Shown here piece after piece: positions 27,401 to 42,540 of a DNA stretch of 64,000 nt. This stretch comes from Eledone cirrhosa (taxonomy: Eukaryota). The stretch's first letter is position 1; each line of letters starts with the position of its first letter. The notes under the pieces are model-generated. The model worked only from the letters and a program-made list of their open reading frames with translations. It did not search any database and was not told the origin of the DNA. The DNA is taken from the NCBI GenBank assembly GCA_964016885.1, contig OZ024758.1:38502001-38566000 (forward strand), read 5' to 3'. The position numbers were made by a program, and so were the translations under genes.

Positions 27401-30400
27401 ACTCCACTGTTGGTAAGAATTCATTTAAGTTCATGGTATTAGCTGTCAGAAGTAACTCCACTGTTGGTGAGAATTCATTTAAGTTCATGGTACTAGCTGT
27501 CAGAAGTAACTCCACTGTTGGTGAGAATTCATTTAAGTTCATGGTACTAGCTGTCAGAAGTAACTCCACTGTTGGTGAGAATTCATTTAAGTTCATGGTA
27601 CTAGCTGTCAGAAGTAACCCCAATGTTGGTGAGAATTCATTTAAGTTCATGGTATTAGCTGTCAGAAGTCACTCCAATGTTGGTGAGAATTCATTTAAGT
27701 TCATGGTATTAGCTGTGAGAAGTCACTCCACTGTTGGTGAGAATTCATTTAAGTTCATGGTATTAGCTGTCAGAAGTACCTCCACTGTTGGTGAGAATTC
27801 ATTTAAGTTCATGGTATTAGCTGTCAGAAGTAACTCCACTGTTGGTGAGAATTCATTTAAGTTCATGGTATTAGCTGTCAGAAGGAACTCCAATGTTGGT
27901 GAGAATTCATTTAAGTCATGGTACTAGCTGTCAGAAGTAACTCCACTGTTGGTGAGAATTCATTTAAGTTTATGGTATTAGCTGTCAGAAGGAACGCCAC
28001 TGTTGGTGAGAATTCATTTAAGTTCATGGTATTAGCTGTCAGAAGTAACTCCACTGTTGGTGAGAATTCATTTAAGTTCATGGTACTAGCTGTCAGAAGT
28101 AACTCCAATGTTGGTGAGAATTCATTTAAGTTCATGGTATTAGCTGTCAGAAGTAACTCCACTGTTGGTGAGAATTCATTTAAGTTCATGGTACTAGTTG
28201 TCAGAAGTAACTCCACTGTTGGTGAGAATTCATTTAAGTTCATGGTATTAGTTGTCAGAAGTAACTCCACTGTTGGTGAGAATTCATTTAAGTCATGGTA
28301 TTAGTTGTCAGAAGTAACTCCAATGTTGGTGAGAATTCATTTAAGTTCATGGTACTAGCTGTCAGAAGTAACTCCACTGTTGGTGAGAATTCATTTAAGT
28401 CATGGTATTAGCTGTCAGAAGTAACTCCATTGTTGGTGAGAATTCATTTAAGTCATGGTACTAGCTGTCAGAAGTAACTCCACTGTTGGTGAGAATTCAT
28501 TTAAGTTCATGGTATTAGCTGTCAGAAGGAACTCCACTGTTGGTGAGAATTCATTTAAGTTCATGGTATTAGTTTGTCAGAAGTAACTCCACTGTTGGTG
28601 AGAATTCATTTAAGTCATGGTATTAGTTGTCAGAAGTAACTCCAATGTTGGTGAGAATTCATTTAAGTCATGGTACTAGCTGTCAGAAGTAACTCCAATG
28701 TTGGTGAGAATTCATTTAAGTTCATGGTATTAGCTGTCAGAAGGAACTCCACTGTTGGTGAGAATTCATTTAAGTTCATGGTATTAGCTGTCAGAAGTAA
28801 CTCCACTGTTGGTGAGAATTCATTTAAGTTCATGGTATTAGCTGTCAGAAGTAACTCCACTGTTGGTGAGAATTCATTTAAGTTCATGGTACTAGCTGTC
28901 AGAAGTAACTCCACTGTTGGTGAGAATTCATTTAAGTTCATGGTTCTAGCTGTCAGAATTAACTCCACTGTTGGTGAGAATTCATTTAAGTTCATGGTAC
29001 TAGCTGTCAGAAGTAACTCCAATGTTGGTAAGAATTCATTTAAGTTCATGATATTAGCTGTCAGAAGTAACTCCACTGTTGGTGAGAATTCATTTAAGTT
29101 CATGGTACTAGCTGTCAGAAGTAACTCCACTGTTGGTGAGAATTCATTTAAGTTTATGGTACTAGCTGTCAGAAGTAACCCCAATGTTGGTGAGAATTCA
29201 TTTAAGTTCATGGTATTAGCTGTCAGAAGTCACTCCACTGTTGGTGAGAATTCATTTAAGTTCATGGTACTAGCTGTCAGAAGTAACCCCAATGTTGCTG
29301 AGAATTCATTTAAGTTCATGGTATTAGCTGTCAGAAGTCACTCCAATGTTGGTGAGAATTCATTTAAGTTCATGGTATTAGCTGTCAGAAGTAACTCCAC
29401 TGTTGGTGAGAATTCATTTAAGTTCATGGTATTAGCTGTCAGAAGTAACTCCACTGTTGGTGAGAATTCATTTAAGTTCATGGTATTAGCTGTCAGAAGT
29501 AACTCCACTGTTGGTGAGAATTCATTTAAGTTCATGGTATTACCTGTCAGAAGGAACTCCAATGTTGGTGAGAATTCATTTAAGTCATGGTACTAGCTGT
29601 CAGAAGTAACTCCACTGTTGGTGAGAATTCATTTAAGTTCATGGTATTAGCTGTCAGAAGGAACGCCACTGTTGGTGAGAATTCATTTAAGTTCATGGTA
29701 TTAGCTGTCAGAAGTAACTCCACTGTTGGTGAGAATTCATTTAAGTTCATGGTACTAGCTGTCAGAAGTAACTCCAATGTTGGTGAGAATTCATTTAAGT
29801 TCATGGTATTAGCTGTCAGAAGGAACTCCACTGTTGGTGAGAATTCATTTAAGTCTTGGTATTAGTTGTCAGAAGTAACTCCAATGTTGGTGAGAATTCA
29901 TTTAAGTTCATGGTACTAGCTGTCAGAAGTAACTCCACTGTTGGTGAGAATTCATTTACGTTCATGGTACTAGCTGTCAAAAGTAACTCCACTGTTGGTG
30001 AGAATTCATTTAAGTCATGGTATTAGCTGTCAGAAGTAACTCCAATGTTGGTGAGAATTCATTTAAGTCTTGGTACTAGCTGTCAGAAGTAACTCCAATG
30101 TTGGTGAGAATTCAGTTAAGTTCATGGTATTAGCTGTCAGAAGGAACTCCACTGTTGGTGAGAATTCATTTAAGTTCATGGTATTAGCTGTCAGAAGTAA
30201 CTCCACTGTTGGTGAGAATTCATTTAAGTTCATGGTACTAGCTGTCAGACGTAACTCCACTGTTGGTGAGAATTCATTTAAGTTCATGGTACTAGCCGTC
30301 AGAAGTAACTCCACTGTTGGTGAGAATTCAGTTAAGTTCATGGTATTAGTTGTCAGAAGTAACTCCACTGTTGGTGAGAATTCATTTAAATCATGGTATT

Positions 30401-33400
30401 AGTTGTCAGAAGTAACTCCAATGTTGGTGAGAATTCATTTAAGTTCATGGTACTAGCTGTCAGAAGTAACTCCACTGTTGGTGAGAATTCATTTAAGTTC
30501 ATGGTATTAGCTGTCAGAAGTAACTCCACTGTTGGTGAGAATTCATTTAAGTCATGGTATTAGCTGTCAGAAGTAACTCCATTGTTGGTGAGAATTCATT
30601 TAAGTCATGGTACTAGCTGTCAGAAGTAACTCCACTGTTGGTGAGAATTCATTTAAGTTCATGGTATTAGCTGTCAGAAGGAACTCCACTGTTGGTAAGA
30701 ATTCATTTAAGTTCATGGTATTAGCTGTCAGAAGTAACTCCACTGTTGGTGAGAATTCATTTAAGTTCATGGTACTAGCTGTCAGAAGTAACTCCACTGT
30801 TGGTGAGAATTCATTTAAGTTCATGGTACTAGCTGTCAGAAGTAACTCCACTGTTGGTGAGAATTCATTTAAGTTCATGGTACTAGCTGTCAGAAGTAAC
30901 CCCAATGTTGGTGAGAATTCATTTAAGTTCATGGTATTAGCTGTCAGAAGTCACTCCAATGTTGGTGAGAATTCATTTAAGTTCATGGTATTAGCTGTGA
31001 GAAGTCACTCCACTGTTGGTGAGAATTCATTTAAGTTCATGGTATTAGCTGTCAGAAGTACCTCCACTGTTGGTGAGAATTCATTTAAGTTCATGGTATT
31101 AGCTGTCAGAAGTAACTCCACTGTTGGTGAGAATTCATTTAAGTTCATGGTATTAGCTGTCAGAAGGAACTCCAATGTTGGTGAGAATTCATTTAAGTCA
31201 TGGTACTAGCTGTCAGAAGTAACTCCACTGTTGGTGAGAATTCATTTAAGTTCATGGTATTAGCTGTCAGAAGTAACTCCACTGTTGGTGAGAATTCATT
31301 TAAGTTCATGGTACTAGCTGTCAGAAGTAACTCCAATGTTGGTGAGAATTCATTTAAGTTCATGGTATTAGCTGTCAGAAGGAACTCCACTGTTGGTGAG
31401 AATTCATTTAAGTTCATGGTATTAGCTGTCAGAAGTAACTCCACTGTTGGTGAGAATTCATTTAAGTTCATGGTACTAGTTGTCAGAAGTAACTCCACTG
31501 TTGGTGAGAATTCATTTAAGTTCATGGTATTAGTTGTCAGAAGTAACTCCACTGTTGGTGAGAATTCATTTAAGTCATGGTATTAGTTGTCAGAAGTAAC
31601 TCCAATGTTGGTGAGAATTCATTTAAGTTCATGGTACTAGCTGTCAGAAGTAACTCCACTGTTGGTGAGAATTCATTTAAGTTCATTGTATTAGCTGTCA
31701 GAAGTAACTCCACTGTTGGTGAGAATTCATTTAAGTCATGGTATTAGCTGTCAGAAGTAACTCCATTGTTGGTGAGAATTCATTTAAGTCATGGTACTAG
31801 CTGTCAGAAGTAACTCCACTGTTGGTGAGAATTCATTTAAGTTCATGGTATTAGCTGTCAGAAGTAACTCCACTGTTGGTGAGAATTCATTTAAGTTCAT
31901 GGTACTAGCTGTCAGAAGTAACTCCACTGTTGGTGAGAATTCATTTAAGTTCATGGTTCTAGCTGTCAGAATTAACTCCACTGTTGGTGAGAATTCATTT
32001 AAGTTCATGGTACTAGCTGTCAGAAGTAACTCCAATGTTGGTAAGAATTCATTTAAGTTCATGATATTAGCTGTCAGAAGTAACTCCACTGTTGGTGAGA
32101 ATTCATTTAAGTTCATGGTACTAGCTGTCAGAAGTAACTCCACTGTTGGTGAGAATTCATTTAAGTTTATGGTACTAGCTGTCAGAAGTAACCCCAATGT
32201 TGGTGAGAATTCATTTAAGTTCATGGTATTAGCTGTCAGAAGTCACTCCAATGTTGGTGAGAATTCATTTAAGTTCATGGTATTAGCTGTCAGAAGTCAC
32301 TCCACTGTTGGTGAGAATTCATTTAAGTTCATGGTACTAGCTGTCAGAAGTAACCCCAATGTTGCTGAGAATTCATTTAAGTTCATGGTATTAGCTGTCA
32401 GAAGTCACTCCAATGTTGGTGAGAATTCATTTAAGTTCATGGTATTAGCTGTCAGAAGTAACTCCACTGTTGGTGAGAATTCATTTAAGTTCATGGTATT
32501 AGCTGTCAGAAGTAACTCCACTGTTGGTGAGAATTCATTTAAGTTCATGGTATTAGCTGTCAGAAGTAACTCCACTGTTGGTGAGAATTCATTTAAGTTC
32601 ATGGTATTACCTGTCAGAAGGAACTCCAATGTTGGTGAGAATTCATTTAAGTCATGGTACTAGCTGTCAGAAGTAACTCCACTGTTGGTGAGAATTCATT
32701 TAAGTTCATGGTATTAGCTGTCAGAAGGAACGCCACTGTTGGTGAGAATTCATTTAAGTTCATGGTATTAGCTGTCAGAAGTAACTCCACTGTTGGTGAG
32801 AATTCATTTAAGTTCATGGTACTAGCTGTCAGAAGTAACTCCAATGTTGGTGAGAATTCATTTAAGTTCATGGTATTAGCTGTCAGAAGGAACTCCACTG
32901 TTGGTGAGAATTCATTTAAGTCTTGGTATTAGTTGTCAGAAGTAACTCCAATGTTGGTGAGAATTCATTTAAGTTCATGGTACTAGCTGTCAGAAGTAAC
33001 TCCACTGTTGGTGAGAATTCATTTAAGTTCATGGTACTAGCTGTCAAAAGTAACTCCACTGTTGGTGAGAATTCATTTAAGTCATGGTATTAGCTGTCAG
33101 AAGTAACTCCAATGTTGGTGAGAATTCATTTAAGTCTCGGTACTAGCTGTCAGAAGTAACTCCAATGTTGGTGAGAATTCAGTTAAGTTCATGGTATTAG
33201 CTGTCAGAAGGAACTCCACTGTTGGTGAGAATTCATTTAAGTTCATGGTATTAGCTGTCAGAAGTAACTCCACTGTTGGTGAGAATTCATTTAAGTTCAT
33301 GGTACTAGCTGTCAGAAGTAACTCCACTGTTGGTGAGAATTCATTTAAGTTCATGGTACTAGCCGTCAGAAGTAACTCCACTGTTGGTGAGAATTCAGTT

Positions 33401-34660
33401 AAGTTCATGGTATTAGTTGTCAGAAGTAACTCCACTGTTGGTGAGAATTCATTTAAATCATGGTATTAGTTGTCAGAAGTAACTCCAATGTTGGTGAGAA
33501 TTCATTTAAGTTCATGGTACTAGCTGTCAGAAGTAACTCCACTGTTGGTGAGAATTCATTTAAGTTCATGGTATTAGCTGTCAGAAGTAACTCCACTGTT
33601 GGTGAGAATTCATTTAAGTCATGGTATTAGCTGTCAGAAGTAACTCCATTGTTGGTGAGAATTCATTTAAGTCATGGTACTAGCTGTCAGAAGTAACTCC
33701 ACTGTTGGTGAGAATTCATTTAAGTTCATGGTATTAGCTGTCAGAAGGAACTCCACTGTTGGTAAGAATTCATTTAAGTTCATGGTATTAGCTGTCAGAA
33801 GTAACTCCACTGTTGGTGAGAATTCATTTAAGTTCATGGTACTAGCTGTCAGAAGTAACTCCACTGTTGGTGAGAATTCATTTAAGTTCATGGTACTAGC
33901 TGTCAGAAGTAACTCCACTGTTGGTGAGAATTCATTTAAGTTCATGGTACTAGCTGTCAGAAGTAACCCCAATGTTGGTGAGAATTCATTTAAGTTCATG
34001 GTATTAGCTGTCAGAAGTCACTCCAATGTTGGTGAGAATTCATTTAAGTTCATGGTATTAGCTGTGAGAAGTCACTCCACTGTTGGTGAGAATTCATTTA
34101 AGTTCATGGTATTAGCTGTCAGAAGTACCTCCACTGTTGGTGAGAATTCATTTAAGTTCATGGTATTAGCTGTCAGAAGTAACTCCACTGTTGGTGAGAA
34201 TTCATTTAAGTTCATGGTATTAGCTGTCAGAAGGAACTCCAATGTTGGTGAGAATTCATTTAAGTCATGGTACTAGCTGTCAGAAGTAACTCCAATGTTG
34301 GTGAGAATTCATTTAAGTTCATGGTATTAGCTGTCAGAAGTAACTCCACTGTTGGTGAGAATTCATTTAAGTTCATGGTACTAGCTGTCAGAAGTAACTC
34401 CAATGTTGGTGAGAATTCATTTAAGTTCATGGTATTAGCTGTCAGAAGGAACTCCACTGTTGGTGAGAATTCATTTAAGTTCATGGTATTAGCTGTCAGA
34501 AGTAACTCCACTGTTGGTGAGAATTCATTTAAGTTCATGGTACTAGTTGTCAGAAGTAACTCCACTGTTGGTGAGAATTCATTTAAGTTCATGGTATTAG
34601 TTGTCAGAAGTAACTCCACTGTTGGTGAGAATTCATTTAAGTCATGGTATTAGTTGTCAG
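24420..34660 (+). repeat. Higher-order repeat, about 3 copies of ~3.1-3.4 kb (57-63 monomers)
   Basis: ORF offsets are 24528/27918 (3390), 25334/28670 (3336), 26788/30070 and 27325/30607 (3282), and 30607/33674 (3067). Shared markers are TTACCTGTC, GTCAAAAGT, GTTGCTGAG and GCTGTGAGAAGTCAC. Confidence 0.85.
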
Positions 34661-37600
34661 AAGTAACTCCAATGTTGGTGAGAATTCATTTAAGTTCATG
34701 GTACTAGCTGTCAGAAGTAACTCCACTGTTGGTGAGAATTCATTTAAGTTCATTGTATTAGCTGTCAGAAGTAACTCCACTGTTGGTGAGAATTCATTTA
34801 GGTCATGGTATTAGCTGTCAGAAGTAACTCCATTGTTGGTGAGAATTCATTTAAGTCATGGTACTAGCTGTCAGAAGTAACTCCACTGTTGGTGAGAATT
34901 CATTTAAGTTCATGGTATTAGCTGTCAGAAGGAACTCCACTGTTGGTGAGAATTCATTTAAGTTCATGGTACTAGCTGTCAGAAGTAACTCCACTGTTGG
35001 TGAGAATTCATTTAAGTTCATGGTATTAGTTTGTCAGAAGTAACTCCACTGTTGGTGAGAATTCATTTAAGTCATGGTATTAGTTGTCAGAAGTAACTCC
35101 AATGTTGGTGAGAATTCATTTAAGTCATGGTACTAGCTGTCAGAAGTAACTCCAATGTTGGTGAGAATTCATTTAAGTTCATGGTATTAGCTGTCAGAAG
35201 GAACTCCACTGTTGGTGAGAATTCATTTAAGTTCATGGTATTAGCTGTCAGAAGTAACTCCACTGTTGGTGAGAATTCATTTAAGTTCATGGTATTAGCT
35301 GTCAGAAGTAACTCCACTGTTGGTGAGAATTCATTTAAGTTCATGGTACTAGCTGTCAGAAGTAACTCCACTGTTGGTGAGAATTCATTTAAGTTCATGG
35401 TTCTAGCTGTCAGAATTAACTCCACTGTTGGTGAGAATTCATTTAAGTTCATGGTACTAGCTGTCAGAAGTAACTCCACTGTTGGTGAGAATTCATTTAA
35501 GTTCATGGTATTAGCTGTCAGAAGGAACTTCAATGTTGGTGAGAATTCATTTAAGTCATGGTACTAGCTGTCAGAAGTAACTCCACTGTTTGTGAGAATT
35601 CATTTAAGTTCATGGTATTAGCTGTCAGAAGGAACGCCACTGTTGGTGAGAATTCATTTAAGTTCATGGTATTAGCTGTCAGAAGTAACTCCACTGTTGG
35701 TGAGAATTCATTTAAGTTCATGGTACTAGCTGTCAGAAGTAACTCCAATGTTGGTGAGAATTCATTTAAGTTCATGGTATTAGCTGTCAGAAGTCACTCC
35801 ACTGTTGGTGATAATTCATTTAAGTTCATGGTATTAGCTGTCAGAAGTAACTCCACTGTTGGTGAGAATTCATTTAAGTTCATGGTACTAGTTGTCAGAA
35901 GTAACTCCACTGTTGGTGAGAATTCATTTAAGTTCATGGTACTAGCTGTCAGAAGTAACCCCAATGTTGGTAAGAATTCATTTAAGTTCATGATATTAGC
36001 TGTCAGAAGTAACTCCACTGTTGGTGAGAATTCATTTAAGTTCATGGTACTAGCTGTCAGAAGTAACTCCACTGTTGGTGAGAATTCATTTAAGTTTATG
36101 GTACTAGCTGTCAGAAGTAACCCCAATGTTGGTGAGAATTCATTTAAGTTCATGGTATTAGCTGTCAGAAGTCACTCCAATGTTGGTGAGAATTCATTTA
36201 AGTTCATGGTATTAGCTGTCAGAAGTAACTCCACTGTTGGTGAGAATTCATTTAAGTTCCTGGTATTAGCTGTCAGAAGCAACTCCACTGTTGGTGAGAA
36301 TTCATTTAAGTTCATGGTATTAGCTGTCAGAAGTAACTCCACTGTTGGTGAGAATTCATTTAAGTTCATGGTATTAGCTGTCAGAAGGAACTCCAATGTT
36401 GGTGAGAATTCATTTAAGTCATGGTACTAGCTGTCAGAAGTAACTCCACTGTTGGTGAGAATTCATTTAAGTTCATGGTATTAGCTGTCAGAAGGAACGC
36501 CACTGTTGGTGAGAATTCATTTAAGTTCATGGTATTAGCTGTCAGAAGTAACTCCACTGTTGGTGAGAATTCATTTAAGTTCATGGTACTAGCTGTCAGA
36601 AGTAACTCCAATGTTGGTGAGAATTCATTTAAGTTCATGGTATTAGCTGTCAGAAGGAACTCCACTGTTGGTGATAATTCATTTAAGTTCATGGTATTAG
36701 CTGTCAGAAGTAACTCCACTGTTGGTGAGAATTCATTTAAGTTCATGGTACTAGTTGTCAGAAGTAACTCCACTGTTGGTGAGAATTCATTTAAGTTCAT
36801 GGTACTAGCTGTCAGAAGTAACTCCAATGTTGGTAAGAATTCATTTAAGTTCATGATATTAGCTGTCAGAAGTAACTCCACTGTTGGTGAGAATTCATTT
36901 AAGTTCATGGTACTAGCTGTCAGAAGTAACTCCACTGTTGGTGAGAATTCATTTAAGTTTATGGTACTAGCTGTCAGAAGTAACCCCAATGTTGGTGAGA
37001 ATTCATTTAAGTTCATGGTATTAGCTGTCAGAAGTCACTCCAATGTTGGTGAGAATTCATTTCAGTTCATGGTATTAGCTGTCAGAAGTCACTCCACTGT
37101 TGGTGAGAATTCATTTAAGTTCATGGTACTAGCTGTCAGAAGTAACCCCAATGTTGCTGAGAATTCATTTAAGTTCATGGTATTAGCTGTCAGAAGTCAC
37201 TCCAATGTTGGTGAGAATTCATTTAAGTTCATGGTATTAGCTGTCAGAAGTAACGCCACTGTTGGTGAGAATTCATTTAAGTTCATTTTATTAGCTGTCA
37301 GAAGGAACTCCAGTGTTGGTGAGAATTCATTTAAGTTCATGGTATTAGCTGTCAGAAGTAACTCCACTGTTGGTGAGAATTCATTTAAGTTCATGGTACT
37401 AGCTGTCAGAAGTAACTCCAATGTTGGTGAGAATTCATTTAAGTTCATGGTATTAGCTGTCAGAAGGAACTCCACTGTTGGTGAGAATTCATTTAAGTTC
37501 ATGGTATTAGCTGTCAGAAGTAACTCCACTGTTGGTGAGAATTCATTTAAGTTCATGGTACTAGTTGTCAGAAGTAACTCCACTGTTGGTGAGAATTCAT

Positions 37601-40600
37601 TTAAGTTCATGGTATTAGTTGTCAGAAGTAACTCCACTGTTGGTGAGAATTCATTTAAGTCATGGTATTAGCTGTCAGAAGTAACTCCATTGTTGGTGAG
37701 AATTCATTTAAGTCATGGTACTAGCTGTCAGAAGTAACTCCACTGTTGGTGAGAATTCATTTAGGTTCATGGTATTAGCTGTCAGAAGGAACTCCACTGT
37801 TGGTGAGAATTCATTTAAGTTCATGGTACTAGCTGTCAGAAGTAACTCCACTGTTGGTGAGAATTCATTTAAGTTCATGGTATTAGTTTGTCAGAAGTAA
37901 CTCCACTGTTGGTGAGAATTCAGTTAAGTTCATGGTATTAGTTGTCAGAAGTAACTCCACTGTTGGTGAGAATTCATTTAAGTTCATGGTACTAGCTGTC
38001 AGAAGTAACTCCACTGTTGGTGAGAATTCATTTAAGTTCATGGTACTAGCCGTCAGAAGTAACTCCACTGTTGGTGAGAATTCAGTTAAGTTCATGGTAT
38101 TAGTTGTCAGAAGTAACTCCACTGTTGGTGAGAATTCATTTAAATCATGGTATTAGTTGTCAGAAGTAACTCCAATGTTGGTGAGAATTCATTTAAGTTC
38201 ATGGTACTAGCTGTCAGAAGTAACTCCACTGTTGGTGAGAATTCATTTAAGTTCATGGTATTAGCTGTCAGAAGTAACTCCACTGTTGGTGAGAATTCAT
38301 TTAAGTCATGGTATTAGCTGTCAGAAGTAACTCCATTGTTGGTGAGAATTCATTTAAGTCATGGTACTAGCTGTCAGAAGTAACTCCACTGTTGGTGAGA
38401 ATTCATTTAAGTTCATGGTATTAGCTGTCAGAAGGAACTCCACTGTTGGTAAGAATTCATTTAAGTTCATGGTATTAGCTGTCAGAAGTAACTCCACTGT
38501 TGGTGAGAATTCATTTAAGTTCATGGTACTAGCTGTCAGAAGTAACTCCACTGTTGGTGAGAATTCATTTAAGTTCATGGTACTAGCTGTCAGAAGTAAC
38601 TCCACTGTTGGTGAGAATTCATTTAAGTTCATGGTACTAGCTGTCAGAAGTAACCCCAATGTTGGTGAGAATTCATTTAAGTTCATGGTATTAGCTGTCA
38701 GAAGTCACTCCAATGTTGGTGAGAATTCATTTAAGTTCATGGTATTAGCTGTGAGAAGTCACTCCACTGTTGGTGAGAATTCATTTAAGTTCATGGTATT
38801 AGCTGTCAGAAGTACCTCCACTGTTGGTGAGAATTCATTTAAGTTCATGGTATTAGCTGTCAGAAGTAACTCCACTGTTGGTGAGAATTCATTTAAGTTC
38901 ATGGTATTAGCTGTCAGAAGGAACTCCAATGTTGGTGAGAATTCATTTAAGTCATGGTACTAGCTGTCAGAAGTAACTCCACTGTTGGTGAGAATTCATT
39001 TAAGTTCATGGTATTAGCTGTCAGAAGTAACTCCACTGTTGGTGAGAATTCATTTAAGTTCATGGTACTAGCTGTCAGAAGTAACTCCAATGTTGGTGAG
39101 AATTCATTTAAGTTCATGGTATTAGCTGTCAGAAGGAACTCCACTGTTGGTGAGAATTCATTTAAGTTCATGGTATTAGCTGTCAGAAGTAACTCCACTG
39201 TTGGTGAGAATTCATTTAAGTTCATGGTACTAGTTGTCAGAAGTAACTCCACTGTTGGTGAGAATTCATTTAAGTTCATGGTATTAGTTGTCAGAAGTAA
39301 CTCCACTGTTGGTGAGAATTCATTTAAGTCATGGTATTAGTTGTCAGAAGTAACTCCAATGTTGGTGAGAATTCATTTAAGTTCATGGTACTAGCTGTCA
39401 GAAGTAACTCCACTGTTGGTGAGAATTCATTTAAGTTCATTGTATTAGCTGTCAGAAGTAACTCCACTGTTGGTGAGAATTCATTTAAGTCATGGTATTA
39501 GCTGTCAGAAGTAACTCCATTGTTGGTGAGAATTCATTTAAGTCATGGTACTAGCTGTCAGAAGTAACTCCACTGTTGGTGAGAATTCATTTAAGTTCAT
39601 GGTATTAGCTGTCAGAAGTAACTCCACTGTTGGTGAGAATTCATTTAAGTTCATGGTATTAGTTTATCAGAAGTAACTCCACTGTTGGTGAGAATTCATT
39701 TAAGTCATGGTATTAGTTGTCAGAAGTAACTCCAATGTTGGTGAGAATTCATTTAAGTCATGGTACTAGCTGTCAGAAGTAACTCCAATGTTGGTGAGAA
39801 TTCATTTAAGTTCATGGTATTAGCTGTCAGAAGGAACTCCACTGTTGGTGAGAATTCATTTAAGTTCATGGTATTAGCTGTCAGAAGTAACTCCACTGTT
39901 GGTGAGAATTCATTTAAGTTCATGGTATTAGCTGTCAGAAGTAACTCCACTGTTGGTGAGAATTCATTTAAGTTCATGGTACTAGCTGTCAGAAGTAACT
40001 CCACTGTTGGTGAGAATTCATTTAAGTTCATGGTTCTAGCTGTCAGAATTAACTCCACTGTTGGTGAGAATTCATTTAAGTTCATGGTACTAGCTGTCAG
40101 AAGTAACTCCACTGTTGGTGAGAATTCATTTAAGTTCATGGTATTAGCTGTCAGAAGGAACTCCAATGTTGGTGAGAATTCATTTAAGTCATGGTACTAG
40201 CTGTCAGAAGTAACTCCACTGTTGGTGAGAATTCATTTAAGTTCATGGTATTAGCTGTCAGAAGGAACGCCACTGTTGGTGAGAATTCATTTAAGTTCAT
40301 GGTATTAGCTGTCAGAAGTAACTCCACTGTTGGTGAGAATTCATTTAAGTTCATGGTACTAGCTGTCAGAAGTAACTCCAATGTTGGTGAGAATTCATTT
40401 AAGTTCATGGTATTAGCTGTCAGAAGTCACTCCACTGTTGGTGATAATTCATTTAAGTTCATGGTATTAGCTGTCAGAAGTAACTCCACTGTTGGTGAGA
40501 ATTCATTTAAGTTCATGGTACTAGTTGTCAGAAGTAACTCCACTGTTGGTGAGAATTCATTTAAGTTCATGGTACTAGCTGTCAGAAGTAACCCCAATGT

Positions 40601-42540
40601 TGGTAAGAATTCATTTAAGTTCATGATATTAGCTGTCAGAAGTAACTCCACTGTTGGTGAGAATTCATTTAAGTTCATGGTACTAGCTGTCAGAAGTAAC
40701 TCCACTGTTGGTGAGAATTCATTTAAGTTTATGGTACTAGCTGTCAGAAGTAACCCCAATGTTGGTGAGAATTCATTTAAGTTCATGGTATTAGCTGTCA
40801 GAAGTCACTCCAATGTTGGTGAGAATTCATTTAAGTTCATGGTATTAGCTGTCAGAAGTAACTCCACTGTTGGTGAGAATTCATTTAAGTTCATGGTATT
40901 AGCTGTCAGAAGCAACTCCACTGTTGGTGAGAATTCATTTAAGTTCATGGTATTAGCTGTCAGAAGTAACTCCACTGTTGGTGAGAATTCATTTAAGTTC
41001 ATGGTATTAGCTGTCAGAAGGAACTCCAATGTTGGTGAGAATTCATTTAAGTCATGGTACTAGCTGTCAGAAGTAACTCCACTGTTGGTGAGAATTCATT
41101 TAAGTTCATGGTATTAGCTGTCAGAAGGAACGCCACTGTTGGTGAGAATTCATTTAAGTTCATGGTATTAGCTGTCAGAAGTAACTCCACTGTTGGTGAG
41201 AATTCATTTAAGTTCATGGTACTAGCTGTCAGAAGTAACTCCAATGTTGGTGAGAATTCATTTAAGTTCATGGTATTAGCTGTCAGAAGGAACTCCACTG
41301 TTGGTGATAATTCATTTAAGTTCATGGTATTAGCTGTCAGAAGTAACTCCACTGTTGGTGAGAATTCATTTAAGTTCATGGTACTAGTTGTCAGAAGTAA
41401 CTCCACTGTTGGTGAGAATTCATTTAAGTTCATGGTACTAGCTGTCAGAAGTAACTCCAATGTTGGTAAGAATTCATTTAAGTTCATGATATTAGCTGTC
41501 AGAAGTAACTCCACTGTTGGTGAGAATTCATTTAAGTTCATGGTACTAGCTGTCAGAAGTAACTCCACTGTTGGTGAGAATTCATTTAAGTTTATGGTAC
41601 TAGCTGTCAGAAGTAACCCCAATGTTGGTGAGAATTCATTTAAGTTCATGGTATTAGCTGTCAGAAGTCACTCCAATGTTGGTGAGAATTCATTTCAGTT
41701 CATGGTATTAGCTGTCAGAAGTCACTCCACTGTTGGTGAGAATTCATTTAAGTTCATGGTACTAGCTGTCAGAAGTAACCCCAATGTTGCTGAGAATTCA
41801 TTTAAGTTCATGGTATTAGCTGTCAGAAGTCACTCCAATGTTGGTGAGAATTCATTTAAGTTCATGGTATTAGCTGTCAGAAGTAACGCCACTGTTGGTG
41901 AGAATTCATTTAAGTTCATTTTATTAGCTGTCAGAAGGAACTCCAGTGTTGGTGAGAATTCATTTAAGTTCATGGTATTAGCTGTCAGAAGTAACTCCAC
42001 TGTTGGTGAGAATTCATTTAAGTTCATGGTACTAGCTGTCAGAAGTAACTCCAATGTTGGTGAGAATTCATTTAAGTTCATGGTATTAGCTGTCAGAAGG
42101 AACTCCACTGTTGGTGAGAATTCATTTAAGTTCATGGTATTAGCTGTCAGAAGTAACTCCACTGTTGGTGAGAATTCATTTAAGTTCATGGTACTAGTTG
42201 TCAGAAGTAACTCCACTGTTGGTGAGAATTCATTTAAGTTCATGGTATTAGTTGTCAGAAGTAACTCCACTGTTGGTGAGAATTCATTTAAGTCATGGTA
42301 TTAGCTGTTAGAAGTAACTCCATTGTTGGTGAGAATTCATTTAAGTCATGGTACTAGCTGTCAGAAGTAACTCCACTGTTGGTGAGAATTCATTTAAGTT
42401 CATGGTATTAGCTGTCAGAAGGAACTCCACTGTTGGTGAGAATTCATTTAAGTTCATGGTACTAGCTGTCAGAAGTAACTCCACTGTTGGTGAGAATTCA
42501 TTTAAGTTCATGGTATTAGTTTGTCAGAAGTAACTCCACT
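33300..42540 (+). repeat. Higher-order duplication, offset 4633-4687 bp (86-87 monomers)
   Basis: ORFs 35127/39760, 35558/40191, 36421/41054 and 37715/42348 are offset by 4633; 33674/38361 and 34267/38954 by 4687, i.e. one more monomer. The 416-aa translations at 36421 and 41054 are identical. Confidence 0.85.
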